From the NCBI GenBank assembly GCA_965215265.1, contig OZ244048.1:2848001-2912000 (forward strand): DNA of 64,000 nucleotides. Direction: 5' to 3'. Position 1 is the stretch's first letter. Each line of letters opens with the position of its first letter. Positions 21,065 through 31,207 of the stretch are shown one piece after another. This DNA is from Candidatus Poribacteria bacterium (GTDB lineage Bacteria; Poribacteria; WGA-4E; WGA-3G). The notes beneath the pieces were generated by a model. It did not search any database. It was not told the DNA's origin and saw only the letters and a list, made by a program, of their open reading frames with translations. A program made the position numbers and the translations under genes.

Positions 21065-22261
21065 ATGAGTACTAAGCATTTAATTGAAACAGTTACCGCT
21101 GCTACTTTGACACTCCCTTCTCCGGTGATTACGGGCATTGGTGCAGCCGATAACGTTGGCGAACAAGCCAAACGACTCGAGAAAAAAAAGGTTCTGATTG
21201 TCACCGATCCGGGTATTGCCAAAATCGGATACGCAGAAAAGGTGGCTCAGAATTTGTCGACTGCTGGAATCGGCACAACATGCTTTTCCCAGGTCACGCC
21301 CGACCCAACTTTACAGAACGTCAGAGATGGATTAGCACAATACCGAAACGAAGCGTGTGATCTAATTGTCAGCATCGGGGGTGGCAGCGCAATCGACTGC
21401 GGCAAAGGCATCGCCATGAAATTGACAAACGATGGCGACTTTGCCAATTACATGGGTATAGACAAAATTCCCAATGCCGGTGCACCATTCATTGCGATTC
21501 CCACCACAGGTGGAACAGGTAGCGAGGTATCCAGGGTCACAGTCATTACCGATACCGATCGAAACGTGAAGATGATGCTGAGCAGTCCGCATCTCTTGGC
21601 AAGTGTCGCGCTGGTAGATCCGTTGCTCTCACTCACGACACCGCCCCATCTAACAGCCGCAGTCGGGGTTGATGCGTTGACACATGCAATAGAGGCATAT
21701 ATCTCTAAACGTGCACAACCGATAACTGACGCGCTGGCACTCAAGGCAATAGAACTGATCTCAGGCTCGCTAAGACAGGCCTGGGCAGATGGGGAAAATA
21801 TCGCGGCGCGAACCGATATGATGATCGGCGCTTCGATTGCAGGCATGGCGTTCAGCAACGCGTCGGTTGCGCTCGTTCACGGTATGTCACGTCCAATCGG
21901 TGCCTATTTCCACATCCATCACGGGCTCTCAAACGCTGTGCTGCTCCTCGATGTGATGGAATTTAGCGTTGTCGGTGCGCCTAAACGTTTTGCGGATATC
22001 GCCTACGCGATGGGCGAACCGATTGAAGGGTTATCCATGATGAAACAGGCAGATGCCGCCATTGCTGCTGTTGAAAGGCTTGTTAACGATATCCGGATGC
22101 CACGACTCAGCGATATCGGCATCCCAAAAACCGAATTCGACGCTGTGATTGAACAGATGGCACGAGATGCAATAGCAAGCGGCAGTCCGGCTAACAATCC
22201 ACGACAAGCAACCGCTGAAGAAATCGTGGCATTGTACAGAAAATGCTTCGCCGCACACTAG
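21065..22261 (+). CDS. Iron-containing alcohol dehydrogenase
   Basis: GGGSAID, PTTGGTGSE, DALTHAIE, HHGLSN motifs. Confidence 0.92.
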   Translation: MSTKHLIETVTAATLTLPSPVITGIGAADNVGEQAKRLEKKKVLIVTDPGIAKIGYAEKVAQNLSTAGIGTTCFSQVTPDPTLQNVRDGLAQYRNEACDLIVSIGGGSAIDCGKGIAMKLTNDGDFANYMGIDKIPNAGAPFIAIPTTGGTGSEVSRVTVITDTDRNVKMMLSSPHLLASVALVDPLLSLTTPPHLTAAVGVDALTHAIEAYISKRAQPITDALALKAIELISGSLRQAWADGENIAARTDMMIGASIAGMAFSNASVALVHGMSRPIGAYFHIHHGLSNAVLLLDVMEFSVVGAPKRFADIAYAMGEPIEGLSMMKQADAAIAAVERLVNDIRMPRLSDIGIPKTEFDAVIEQMARDAIASGSPANNPRQATAEEIVALYRKCFAAH

Positions 22262-22890
22262 ACTTTAGGAAAGACGATATGCAGAATCCCGGATTTGCCA
22301 AAAACCGATTTCCAAACAGTGCCATAGTGGCAATGTTTCTGATGGGACTGTTGCTCGCAGCATGCGATACACCTAATTTTTTACTGTATGAGAATGAAAT
22401 TCCGCCCTATTACGGTACAATTGAGAGTATTGATAACGTTTATGATGGGGACACAATTCAGGATGTCGCTATCCAAATTTATTCGTTGACACCTCTTAAT
22501 TCGCGTACCAGTGCACTTTGGCCGGGCGTAGAACAGCGAATCGACGGCATTTATAGCGTCACAGATATTAGAATCGCAGGAATAGATACTCCTGAAAGAA
22601 GGCCCCTACGCGCCGGGCGCACCGAAGCCTCACTCCAACGGGAAAAGGCACGCGCCGAAGCTGCAACGAACTTTCTCAAAAACCTAATTCTCACCAGCAT
22701 CACTGAAAACGGCGAACTCGGATTCGTGATTATCAATCCACAACCCGACAAATACGCGGGACGTACCATCGCAGGGGTAGTCTGTTTTAAAGAAGGTAAA
22801 TCGATTAATGTCGCCGAAGCATTGATAGAAGCAGGACACGCTGTTGTTTATACAGGCGGCACTAAAACATACGATTGGGGAAAAGAATAG
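22243..22890 (+). CDS. Thermonuclease (SNase-like) lipoprotein
   Basis: LLAAC lipobox; VYDGDTI, IRIAGIDTPE, DKYAGR motifs; real start probably MQNP or later. Confidence 0.82.
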   Translation: MLRRTLDFRKDDMQNPGFAKNRFPNSAIVAMFLMGLLLAACDTPNFLLYENEIPPYYGTIESIDNVYDGDTIQDVAIQIYSLTPLNSRTSALWPGVEQRIDGIYSVTDIRIAGIDTPERRPLRAGRTEASLQREKARAEAATNFLKNLILTSITENGELGFVIINPQPDKYAGRTIAGVVCFKEGKSINVAEALIEAGHAVVYTGGTKTYDWGKE

Positions 22891-22972
22891 GTTGAATTAA
22901 CAAGCTATAGGCAGTTTTTATAAGCCTAATACGGCATTCGCCGCCGTTTGACATAACGCAAAGGAATACCTT

Positions 22973-23932
22973 GTGAACCGACTCAAAATTGTTGTCCCTG
23001 GCGACGCACCGCCTCAAATCCAAGGCTCACGACACCTTGAACGGCTGCAGCCTTACGGTGACGTTGTATTATACACCGATCGGCCGGAAACATCGGAGGA
23101 GAAAATCCGCCGGGCCGAAGATGCTGACATTCTCATCAATTCACGGGGGCTCGTCAAATGGCCCGCCGACATCTTACAGCAGCTACCCAAACTCAAATTG
23201 ATTTCGCTCTGCTCCATCGGTACGGACATGATCGCACTTGAGGAAGCAAGCCGGCAGGGCATCGTTGTCTGTAACCAACCCGGCCGCACTGCTCCCGTTG
23301 TCGCCGAGCATGCCTTCGGGCTCATGTTCGCCCTTGCCAAACGGGCAGCTTTTCTCACTGCAGCAGTAAAAGCAGGTGAATGGCCCCGTATGGATAATGT
23401 CTACCTGCAAGGCAAGACTCTCGGAATCGTTGGTACTGGGCACATCGGTGCTGAAATGGCCCGCCTCGGCCGCACGATTGGTATGAACGTCATCGCGTGG
23501 AGCTATCATCCTTCTGATGAACGCGCGGAACAGTTAGGGGTTCACTTTGTTTCCTTTGACGAGTTGCTCCGGACATCTGATGTAGTCAGTTTACATGTCA
23601 AGTTAACAGAAGATAGTCATCATCTAATCGGCGCACCTGAGCTGTCATTGATGAAACCGAACGCACTCTTAATCAACGTTGCCCGGGGCGGTGTACTTGA
23701 CACCGATGCCCTTATTTGTGCCTTAAATAGCGGACGCGTCGGTGGTGCCGCAATTGATGTCTACGACGAAGAACCACCACCTGCCAATTATCCGCTCTTC
23801 GCATGCGAACAAGTGATTCTCACACCGCACTGTGCTGATATGACTCCGGAGGGTGTTGAACTCCTCAATGAAGGCGCGGTTAATAACATCATCGCTTTTT
23901 TGGAGGGTAATCCACAAAATGTGGTTGTCTAA
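22973..23932 (+). CDS. D-isomer-specific 2-hydroxyacid dehydrogenase
   Basis: VAEH, GTGHIG, INVARG, DVYDEEP, TPHCA motifs. Confidence 0.9.
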   Translation: MNRLKIVVPGDAPPQIQGSRHLERLQPYGDVVLYTDRPETSEEKIRRAEDADILINSRGLVKWPADILQQLPKLKLISLCSIGTDMIALEEASRQGIVVCNQPGRTAPVVAEHAFGLMFALAKRAAFLTAAVKAGEWPRMDNVYLQGKTLGIVGTGHIGAEMARLGRTIGMNVIAWSYHPSDERAEQLGVHFVSFDELLRTSDVVSLHVKLTEDSHHLIGAPELSLMKPNALLINVARGGVLDTDALICALNSGRVGGAAIDVYDEEPPPANYPLFACEQVILTPHCADMTPEGVELLNEGAVNNIIAFLEGNPQNVVV

Positions 23933-23988
23933 AACGGGTTTTTTCTTCAAAACAATACCTGAAACAAAAACGGAATACTAAAAATTTA

Positions 23989-26121
23989 ATGTCTAATTTC
24001 GATCAAAGAAAAGAGTCTACCATAAAAATCGGTGTGGATACAGGCGGCACCTTCACAGACATTGTCATGGCAGTGGATGGCATCCTTTTGACGCATAAAG
24101 TCCTTTCCACCCCGAGGAATCCTGCATACGCAGTGATACAAGGGGTTAGCGATATCCTGAATTTGCACAAAGAAGAGGGGGCTGCTGTTGAGATTGTGCA
24201 CGGCTCCACGGTTGCAACGAATGCGCTATTGGAACGCCGCGGTGCCCGTGTCGCTCTCGTTACTACAAAAGGCTTCGAAGACCTCTTAGAGATCGGCCGC
24301 CAAGCGCGTCCTGCCCTCTATGATTTTTTGGTTGAACGACCAGCTCCGCTCGTCCCAGCAGAACGCCGGTTCGGTATTGACGAAAGAACACTTCACATAG
24401 GAGACATCCAAACCCCTATCAACACCGTGCAATTGGACGTGCTGGCAAAACAGCTCGCCAATTTAGAACTTGACGCAATCGCAATCTGTTTTCTCTTCTC
24501 GTATGTGAATCCTCAAAATGAACAGATTGCAGCAAAACATCTTGCTGCTTCATTGCCCAATGTACAACAGATACCGATTTCGTGTTCTCACCAAATCTTG
24601 TCAGAATACCGTGAGTATGAACGTTTCAGTACCACGGTTGCAAACGCCTATATTCGTCCGACCTTAGAGCGGCATCTCGCAACATTAACCGAATCCGAGC
24701 GAGTAACACATTTCACATCTACCGAAACCCAAAATTTCCGTTTAATGCTATCCAATGGTGGTAGCATTTCTGTTAGGAATTTTGACGCGGCAGGGATTCG
24801 CACCGTGCTTTCTGGACCTGCTGGCGGGGTCATAGGAGCCTACAACGTTGCGAAAACTGCAGGATATCATCAGATTATTACGTTTGATATGGGGGGCACC
24901 TCCACCGATGTCAGTTTGTGCGATAACGGCATTTCAATGACAACGGAGAGCACTATCAGTGGGCTGCCTATTAAGGTGCCTCTCATAGATATCCACACCG
25001 TTGGAGCCGGTGGGGGTTCCATTGCCACAGTCGATACCGGGGGCGCACTGCGCGTCGGCCCAGAGAGCGCGGGTGCTGACCCGGGACCGTTATGTTACGG
25101 CAAGCAAGGACAAGCGATTACTGTCACCGACGCAAACCTTTTTCTAGGACGACTCGAGTCGACGCAATTTTTGGGCGGAAAAATGGAACTTGCCTCTGAG
25201 ACGACACGCACATATATCAAAAAATTAGGGACGGGCCTTGGACTTTCGGCCGTAGAGGCCGCGGACGGCATCCTCAAGGTGGCAAATGCAACTATGGAAC
25301 GCGCCATCAAAGTTATCTCCGTAGAACGAGGCTTTGATACGCGTGACTTTACACTCGTTTGCTTCGGAGGGGCGGGTGGTTTACACGCAGCATTTTTGGC
25401 AGAGAATCTCGGCATCTACACCGTGTTAATTCCGCCAAACGGAGGCTTACTCTCTGCGTACGGCATGCTTTTTGCAGATGTCATCAAAGATTATTCCCAA
25501 ACGGTGCTGTGGAAATTTAACACGCGTGAAGCGGGAAGTATAGAAACTTTGCTGAGACAGTTAAAGGCAGGTTTTGAAGCACTTTTTGCCCGTGCGGAAA
25601 GTGATATGACGACAGAAAAATTCCTTACGGACTCGCCGAAGATAGAATGTTCATTGGATATGCGTTATGAAGGACAATCGTATGAATTGAATATCCCCTA
25701 TACACTTAAAAATAACGTTTTTGCTTCAAATTCAAAAGTAGCAGAGGCAGCTATAGAACTACCCAGTTTTATTTCAGCATTTCATGCTGCACACAAACAA
25801 CGATTCAGCTACGCCCGACTCGATGCCACGGTGGAAATTGTCAACCTCCGGCTGACAGCCATCGGTGAAACCGAAAAACCGGAGATTTCTGCTCAGCCGC
25901 TCAGGGATGCTGATGCCTCTGAGGCACGTGTCGCACAAAAACAGGTCGTCTTTGACAGCACAACTCACGAAACCGATTTCTACCGACGCGAGGCATTATG
26001 TCCCGGCAATCAGATTGAGGGACCCGCGATTGTGACAGAATTCAGCGCGACGACTGTTATCCCTCCAAATTTCTCTGCGTCTGTCGATGCCTATCGTAAT
26101 CTCATCTTAAGGCAGCAGTAG
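23989..26121 (+). CDS. Hydantoinase/5-oxoprolinase subunit A
   Basis: GVDTGGTFTD, SGPAGG, DMGGTSTD, GAGGGS motifs. Confidence 0.92.
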   Translation: MSNFDQRKESTIKIGVDTGGTFTDIVMAVDGILLTHKVLSTPRNPAYAVIQGVSDILNLHKEEGAAVEIVHGSTVATNALLERRGARVALVTTKGFEDLLEIGRQARPALYDFLVERPAPLVPAERRFGIDERTLHIGDIQTPINTVQLDVLAKQLANLELDAIAICFLFSYVNPQNEQIAAKHLAASLPNVQQIPISCSHQILSEYREYERFSTTVANAYIRPTLERHLATLTESERVTHFTSTETQNFRLMLSNGGSISVRNFDAAGIRTVLSGPAGGVIGAYNVAKTAGYHQIITFDMGGTSTDVSLCDNGISMTTESTISGLPIKVPLIDIHTVGAGGGSIATVDTGGALRVGPESAGADPGPLCYGKQGQAITVTDANLFLGRLESTQFLGGKMELASETTRTYIKKLGTGLGLSAVEAADGILKVANATMERAIKVISVERGFDTRDFTLVCFGGAGGLHAAFLAENLGIYTVLIPPNGGLLSAYGMLFADVIKDYSQTVLWKFNTREAGSIETLLRQLKAGFEALFARAESDMTTEKFLTDSPKIECSLDMRYEGQSYELNIPYTLKNNVFASNSKVAEAAIELPSFISAFHAAHKQRFSYARLDATVEIVNLRLTAIGETEKPEISAQPLRDADASEARVAQKQVVFDSTTHETDFYRREALCPGNQIEGPAIVTEFSATTVIPPNFSASVDAYRNLILRQQ

Positions 26122-26395
26122 TTTTTATAGTGAATTAGTTTCCGACAGCGATATGACTATCGAAGCTAGCACGGACAAGAGTTAGAAACGCACTGACAAA
26201 GCACTTCTCGACGGTGGGGTGGCAGATTATAGGAATCCACACCGTGCAGCAGGAAAATGAATCTAAAGAAGCGTTCATTAAACGGATTAAAGATTATTAC
26301 AAAGGTTTTCAGTACAGACATTTGTGAAATGATTCATCTTGTTGTCGATTGAGCTCTGCTCTCATCACTAGAGCCAAAAACGAGGTATGTAGAAA

Positions 26396-27235
26396 ATGCT
26401 CAAAATTATTGACACCCATCAACACCTCTGGGATACCTCCAATTTGGACTACCCTTGGTTAGTTGGGTTTGATGCACTTGAAAAGCGGTATACCGCGCAA
26501 GATTATCGCGCAGCAGTGGGCGAACTGAACGTTGTCAAATCGGTTCACGTTGAAGGGGATCCGGCCGAAACACACGTCGTCCAAGAAGTAGAATGGTTAA
26601 CAGGCATCGCAGCAGAAGACGGTATGATAGGCGCGATAGCTGCCGCAGCACCCCTCGAAAAGCCAAACGCCGAAGCCGTCCTTGAACAACTTGCAGCGTT
26701 TGACCTTGTGGTAGGAATTCGGCGGATGGCGTGGCACCATGCAGATAACAATTTCTACGCGAACACCGATTTGATTCGCGGCGTAAAACTACTGCCGAAA
26801 TTCAATCTCTCTTTTGAACTCTGTGCCAAACACGACCAACTTGCTGCCGCTATTGAACTCGTCAAAGCCACACCTGATGTCAAACACGCAATCAACCACT
26901 GCGGCGGCCCCGATATCAAGGATGGGCAATTTGAACCCTGGGCAACATACATCCGCGAACTGGCCTCTTTCGAGAACGTTCACTGTAAAGTCTCCGGCAT
27001 CGTCACAACTGCCAGCGAGAATTGGACACATGAGGAACTCAAACCTTACATCCTACACCTTGTAGAAACATTCGGATATAAAAGACTCATGTTTGGAAGC
27101 GATTGGCCAGTCTGCACCCTCGCTGCAACATATCGAGAATGGGTGGCTGCACTCCTCTGGGCAGTTGATGACGCATCCGACGACGAGAAAAATAGACTCT
27201 TCTATCAAAACGGTTTGGAATTTTACGCTATATAG
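26396..27235 (+). CDS. Amidohydrolase_2 family (sugar-lactonase-like)
   Basis: IIDTHQHLW, HCKVSG, MFGSDWPV motifs. Confidence 0.9.
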   Translation: MLKIIDTHQHLWDTSNLDYPWLVGFDALEKRYTAQDYRAAVGELNVVKSVHVEGDPAETHVVQEVEWLTGIAAEDGMIGAIAAAAPLEKPNAEAVLEQLAAFDLVVGIRRMAWHHADNNFYANTDLIRGVKLLPKFNLSFELCAKHDQLAAAIELVKATPDVKHAINHCGGPDIKDGQFEPWATYIRELASFENVHCKVSGIVTTASENWTHEELKPYILHLVETFGYKRLMFGSDWPVCTLAATYREWVAALLWAVDDASDDEKNRLFYQNGLEFYAI

Positions 27236-27279
27236 CAATAGACGTTGTGTCACTAGCAGCTTATACATTAATGAATGTA

Positions 27280-29232
27280 TCATTGCAGCGCAATCAACAC
27301 CGGCTCAACCCCCTGCGTCTCTTGAATACGCTGCTTGAGAGGCTCTGCCTCGTGTCGTTCCGGGAATGTTCCAATCAGTACTCGATGCATCGTTGCCGCG
27401 TTAATTGTAACGGTCCGGATTTCTATTTTTTCTTCCGGATGCAAAAGCCGTAAATCATCGACCAGCATCTCTGCATTACTGCGAAGCGCAAAGGAACCTA
27501 CCATCAGAGTAAACTTAGCTTGCATTTGTCGAGGCTGCTGCGGCTGTAGTGTGAGTTGCTGAACACTTCGGTTTCCTGCACCGTCTTGAATGCTCAGCCT
27601 ACAAGTATACGTTTCCTCCGGATGCTGCTGTACCTTCATTAAAACTACCTCTTCTGGCGGTGCACCGTTACCTTTCATCTGTTCAATCTGTGTGTTATTC
27701 ACATCCAAAAGTTCAAGTTCCCAGCTGGCGATCGAATTGCTATTCGACGTTTTAATGCCGACAGTGGCTAGAGCGTTTTTCTGAAAGAGTTCTACCGTCG
27801 CAGGCATCAGGTCTACCCTAATTTTCGTGCGATCTCTTAAGGCGGATTTGCCGGTTTGTGCGGGCGTAACATGCAGCTGCACCTCGTACTCTCCATCAAT
27901 CACCACTTTGCCGCTGTTCGTAGTCCCTTTCCAGACAACTCCTTCGGGCGGTGGTGAACCTTCTCCAGATTGCTCCCAAACGGCTTCAGTATACTCATCA
28001 CGAATAGTCAAATGCCACTTATCATTCTTCGCGACCTCGAATCGGAATGCAGTACTATCTGTAACGCCATCGTTGTTCGGTGAAATTGTGCGTTCGGTGA
28101 GTTGCAATAGTCCGCCTTTTGCCGTTGTCTCAGCAACCGTATCTGTCTCAAGTGTGGCTGGCATTAAAATCGGAAAACCTTCCGTTTCAGCAGCAGTCTC
28201 GCTCGAGGTAGTTTCCGACTGACTGCCTCCCCAACGCAACGTCGCAGAAATCCAGTGCAATCCTTCTGCCAATTCACTCCCATTCACATAAGCATAATCC
28301 ACTTGCCCGATTGAGTTACGTAAACTCGCTCCGCGTGTCCATTCACCGCCTCCGAACCTCTCTACAGCAGTTAAAGCCGTATACCCGGTTCGCACTCCGA
28401 AGTGACCGTTGAAAAACCATCTTTCAGCACCGAGGTGCAACCGAAAACGTTCATTCTGTTCTAGTTGATTCTGTGCATAGTGAACCAAATCTGCCGAAAG
28501 GAGTGTGTAGATGTCCCATTTATACATGAGTCCAGCCCGAGCGGCTACCGGTGCTTGCTCGATCAAAACGCCATCTACCTGAATATCATTGCTTAACTCA
28601 GAAAGAGTTACCCCCATTCGAACCGAATCGCCTCGCTCTTCTAGAGGATACGTCCACTGTAGCCCGACATCCGTGCTCCAGAGGAAGTTAGTTCGGATCG
28701 GATCGCTGTTCTGATAATAACGGAGGTTCGCCCCTGCGGAAACCTGTTCGTTAAGAGCAATCCCGTATCCTAACAATACGATCTGGGTAACTTCAGGCGT
28801 TGGGACCGAAGACACAGCACCCGTCTCACCTGCTATAGACAGTTCATCATTATAAGTTCCGTCGGCAAACGCTGGAATTCCCCAACCATCAATCCAAGAG
28901 GCAAAGGACAAATTCCCTATATTTCTCTCTGTTAATCCGAGTGCACTCGGACTCGCCATAACTGAAAACGCGCCATCTCTGCCTGATGTACTACCTGTAG
29001 TAGGCACACCCCCGAACGTAAACTCTAAACCATCCATAAATCCGAGCGATGACGGATTCCACAAAAAAGCGTTGTTCGTTGAAGGAGCAGCAGTGAACGC
29101 ACTTCCCATGCCTACTGCACGTGCACTGGAACCGACAAAAATATCGCGATACCCCAAGCTTGAGGCATCCACTAAACTCGGAAGCAAGCATATTGCGAGT
29201 AAACCGATTATGTTTAGATTTTTTAGATGCAT
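27280..29232 (-). CDS. PorV/PorQ-like barrel + FlgD-type Ig + SPOR domain protein
   Basis: SARAVGMGSAF...WNPSSLG N-terminus; ISPNNDGVTD...WKG...DGEY Ig module; VGSFALRSNA...RVLIGTF SPOR-like C-terminus. Confidence 0.7.
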   Translation of the reverse strand: MHLKNLNIIGLLAICLLPSLVDASSLGYRDIFVGSSARAVGMGSAFTAAPSTNNAFLWNPSSLGFMDGLEFTFGGVPTTGSTSGRDGAFSVMASPSALGLTERNIGNLSFASWIDGWGIPAFADGTYNDELSIAGETGAVSSVPTPEVTQIVLLGYGIALNEQVSAGANLRYYQNSDPIRTNFLWSTDVGLQWTYPLEERGDSVRMGVTLSELSNDIQVDGVLIEQAPVAARAGLMYKWDIYTLLSADLVHYAQNQLEQNERFRLHLGAERWFFNGHFGVRTGYTALTAVERFGGGEWTRGASLRNSIGQVDYAYVNGSELAEGLHWISATLRWGGSQSETTSSETAAETEGFPILMPATLETDTVAETTAKGGLLQLTERTISPNNDGVTDSTAFRFEVAKNDKWHLTIRDEYTEAVWEQSGEGSPPPEGVVWKGTTNSGKVVIDGEYEVQLHVTPAQTGKSALRDRTKIRVDLMPATVELFQKNALATVGIKTSNSNSIASWELELLDVNNTQIEQMKGNGAPPEEVVLMKVQQHPEETYTCRLSIQDGAGNRSVQQLTLQPQQPRQMQAKFTLMVGSFALRSNAEMLVDDLRLLHPEEKIEIRTVTINAATMHRVLIGTFPERHEAEPLKQRIQETQGVEPVLIALQ

Positions 29233-29550
29233 TAGAGACTCCTGTTTTTTTTAGGCATAAAATTTCCTTTTTAATTTAACGTTCAATTCGCACAAACGGG
29301 TACAAAAGACTTCATTCCGCTAGCATGTTTTGCCATGATAAGTCAGATTTACGGGTTCCCTTTCCGCACTAGATGTCCGGTTCACGGAGTGTGGCGGCAG
29401 CATCTGCAGTTATAACGTTGCTTTTAGTTAACGACACCGTTTTTGACGACGGGCAGGTATTGACATCGTTGACCTGTCAGGAGATGTGGTTGACGAAACG
29501 CCCAGTTCGCATTTTTTTTGCAGAAAATGTTAAAAAATGATGATTTCTCC

Positions 29551-29691
29551 GAAAAAACAGGTCTTTTGTTCGACCCGGCTTGCTTTTTTTTACGTCTTGA
29601 TAAGAAGAATGGTGATTTCTTGTCAAAAAAAGCGCTTTTTCTGAAAAAACGGGTCTTTTGTTCGACCCGGCTTGCATTTTCCTACGTCTTG
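29551..29691 (+). repeat. 49-bp direct repeat (x2)
   Basis: 29551-29599 and 29643-29691 differ at 4 of 49 positions. Confidence 0.9.
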
Positions 29692-29814
29692 TTATTATGA
29701 AAGGCGCAGGAAAATACGAGCGAAAAATCGCCAAATGTGAAAAAAACGGGAACTCCCCGCGACAAACTTAACCCGTTTTTAGGCGGCGGGACCTGTCTCA
29801 CTTTTTCCTACGTC
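29572..29814 (+). promoter_or_regulatory. Three putative ECF-sigma promoters (GACC-N17-CGTC)
   Basis: GACC at 29572, 29664 and 29790, each followed after exactly 17 nt by CGTC with a T-rich spacer, directly upstream of an ECF sigma gene. Confidence 0.6.
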
Positions 29815-29842
29815 GTAATAATATCACTTGGAACCTTAAACT

Positions 29843-30415
29843 TTGATGGCTGATTCAGACGCTCACTTCCTTGAACGCATCCAAAAGGGTGACGATACCG
29901 CCCTCGTGGCACTCATTGAAAGGTATAAACCTTTGATGATGACTATCGTGCGCGGTGAGGTACCGGCTTATGCGGTAGAGGATGTGTATTTAGATGCGCG
30001 CGCGGCGATTGTGGGCCGCCGGTTTCGCAGGGATCCCAACGGCATCCGTGAAGTGTCGCAGTGGGTGAAGCAGGTGACGCGGAGCAAGTGTCTCGAGTTC
30101 GGGCGGCAGCTTGCTAAAGAACAGGAAGTGCATGCTATCGCCATAGATATCCGGTGGGACGCAGAGGAGCGAGAGTCACGCCGGCACCTGTCGGGCGATA
30201 TGCCTGATGAGGAAGAGGCGATGAGAGTTATTAAGAGGCTGGGTTCGAAGTATGTAGAAGTGACGGTATTGCGTGCGGCGGGTTACACGTTGTCGGAGAT
30301 AGGCAAACGGCTGAGAATACCAAAGGACACGGTGAAGTCACGTTGGTGGAAGATTCGGCAGCGTGTTCATGAACATTTCGGGGTGCCGTTTCCGCCGAAA
30401 AACGAGAAGCCCTAA
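29843..30415 (+). CDS. ECF-type sigma-70 factor (divergent)
   Basis: GDDTALVALIERY region 2; GYTLSEIGKRLRIPKDTVKSRW region-4 HTH. Confidence 0.82.
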   Translation: MMADSDAHFLERIQKGDDTALVALIERYKPLMMTIVRGEVPAYAVEDVYLDARAAIVGRRFRRDPNGIREVSQWVKQVTRSKCLEFGRQLAKEQEVHAIAIDIRWDAEERESRRHLSGDMPDEEEAMRVIKRLGSKYVEVTVLRAAGYTLSEIGKRLRIPKDTVKSRWWKIRQRVHEHFGVPFPPKNEKP

Positions 30416-30466
30416 CGCGCAATTCAGGCAACTTCAGGTTTATCCCTTTTTTGGACTCAAAAAAGG

Positions 30467-30697
30467 GAATGTATGTTCACTTTCGTTGATTTGTTGAAGT
30501 TAAGGTGGAAGATGTGATAAGATGAGTCACGTCTCCTAGGAATTGAGAGGTGTGCCGAGGATGTCACTAGCAATCCTTATTTTGTGACACTCTTGGGGTT
30601 AGCACCTTACAGGGACGGATTGCCAAGAACGCAAAACACGCAGACAGAAACCCACCTTTGCCTTCTAGATAGCAATCCCCCGAAATATAAAGGAGAA
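30467..30697 (+). repeat. Conserved promoter + structured leader, copy 1
   Basis: Colinear with 36200-36430; first 139 nt identical, 6 mismatches over 231 nt; contains TTGAAG-18nt-TAAGAT with extended-10 TG and an AAGGAG RBS. Confidence 0.93.
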
Positions 30698-30703
30698 AAC
30701 TTG

Positions 30704-31111
30704 ATGAAATTTTCTGTCTGTCAGATATTCGCAATCGTCCTAATCTTTGGCTTATTGTTCACTTCAGCAATAGCTCCAACGCTTCCTCTTGCTACAGCTC
30801 ATACGGAGTATGAAACTATAACCACGCAAAAGGAAGTAATGCGGGAGGTTACGACAGTCGAGGTTCGAGGCGTATATGAAATACATGATCAATGGGATAG
30901 TTCCACCAGACAGTATATTAAAGTGAAGGTACGCACCGGCACGATAACTACGACCTCTAAGGATCTGGTGGGTACCGGCACCTACACGACTGAAACAGTT
31001 ACTAGGCAGAAAGAGCATACTCACTGGTACACAAACCCCGCAGTGCTTACTACTGCAATTGGTACTGTGGGCGCCATCGCTACAGTAATTATTAGCAGCA
31101 ATGGTAATTAA
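30704..31111 (+). CDS. Secreted Thr-rich small protein with C-terminal TM (135 aa)
   Basis: ATG after AAGGAG; MKFSVCQIFAIVLIF signal peptide; C-terminal HTHWY + hydrophobic helix. Confidence 0.8.
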   Translation: MKFSVCQIFAIVLIFGLLFTSAIAPTLPLATAHTEYETITTQKEVMREVTTVEVRGVYEIHDQWDSSTRQYIKVKVRTGTITTTSKDLVGTGTYTTETVTRQKEHTHWYTNPAVLTTAIGTVGAIATVIISSNGN

Positions 31112-31165
31112 ATTCTAACGATGGGCACATTGATTCGGTGCCTCAACGTATGTGCAAGTCAATAC

Positions 31166-31207
31166 AAGGAAGGATTTGAAAATGAAAAGGAAGGATTTGA
31201 AAATGAA
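31166..31207 (+). repeat. 21-bp tandem duplication of RBS + start codon
   Basis: aaggaaggatttgaaaatgaa x2. Confidence 0.92.

Noticed and set aside
26153-26327. Small ORF remnant between the hydantoinase and amidohydrolase genes
   Set aside because: Needs both a stop read-through and a frameshift; no recognisable family
30410-30505. attC-like site (CCCTAAC-5nt-ATTCAGGC ... GTTAAGG) overlapping the sigma stop
   Set aside because: L' box poor, spacing not kept in copy 2, conserved sequence extends 200 nt past the would-be crossover, no integrase seen; terminator + promoter explains it
30584-30703. 40-aa N-terminal extensions of track ORFs 30584 and 36317
   Set aside because: Strong AAGGAG RBS and signal peptide start at 30704/36437; the differences between copies are not biased to synonymous changes
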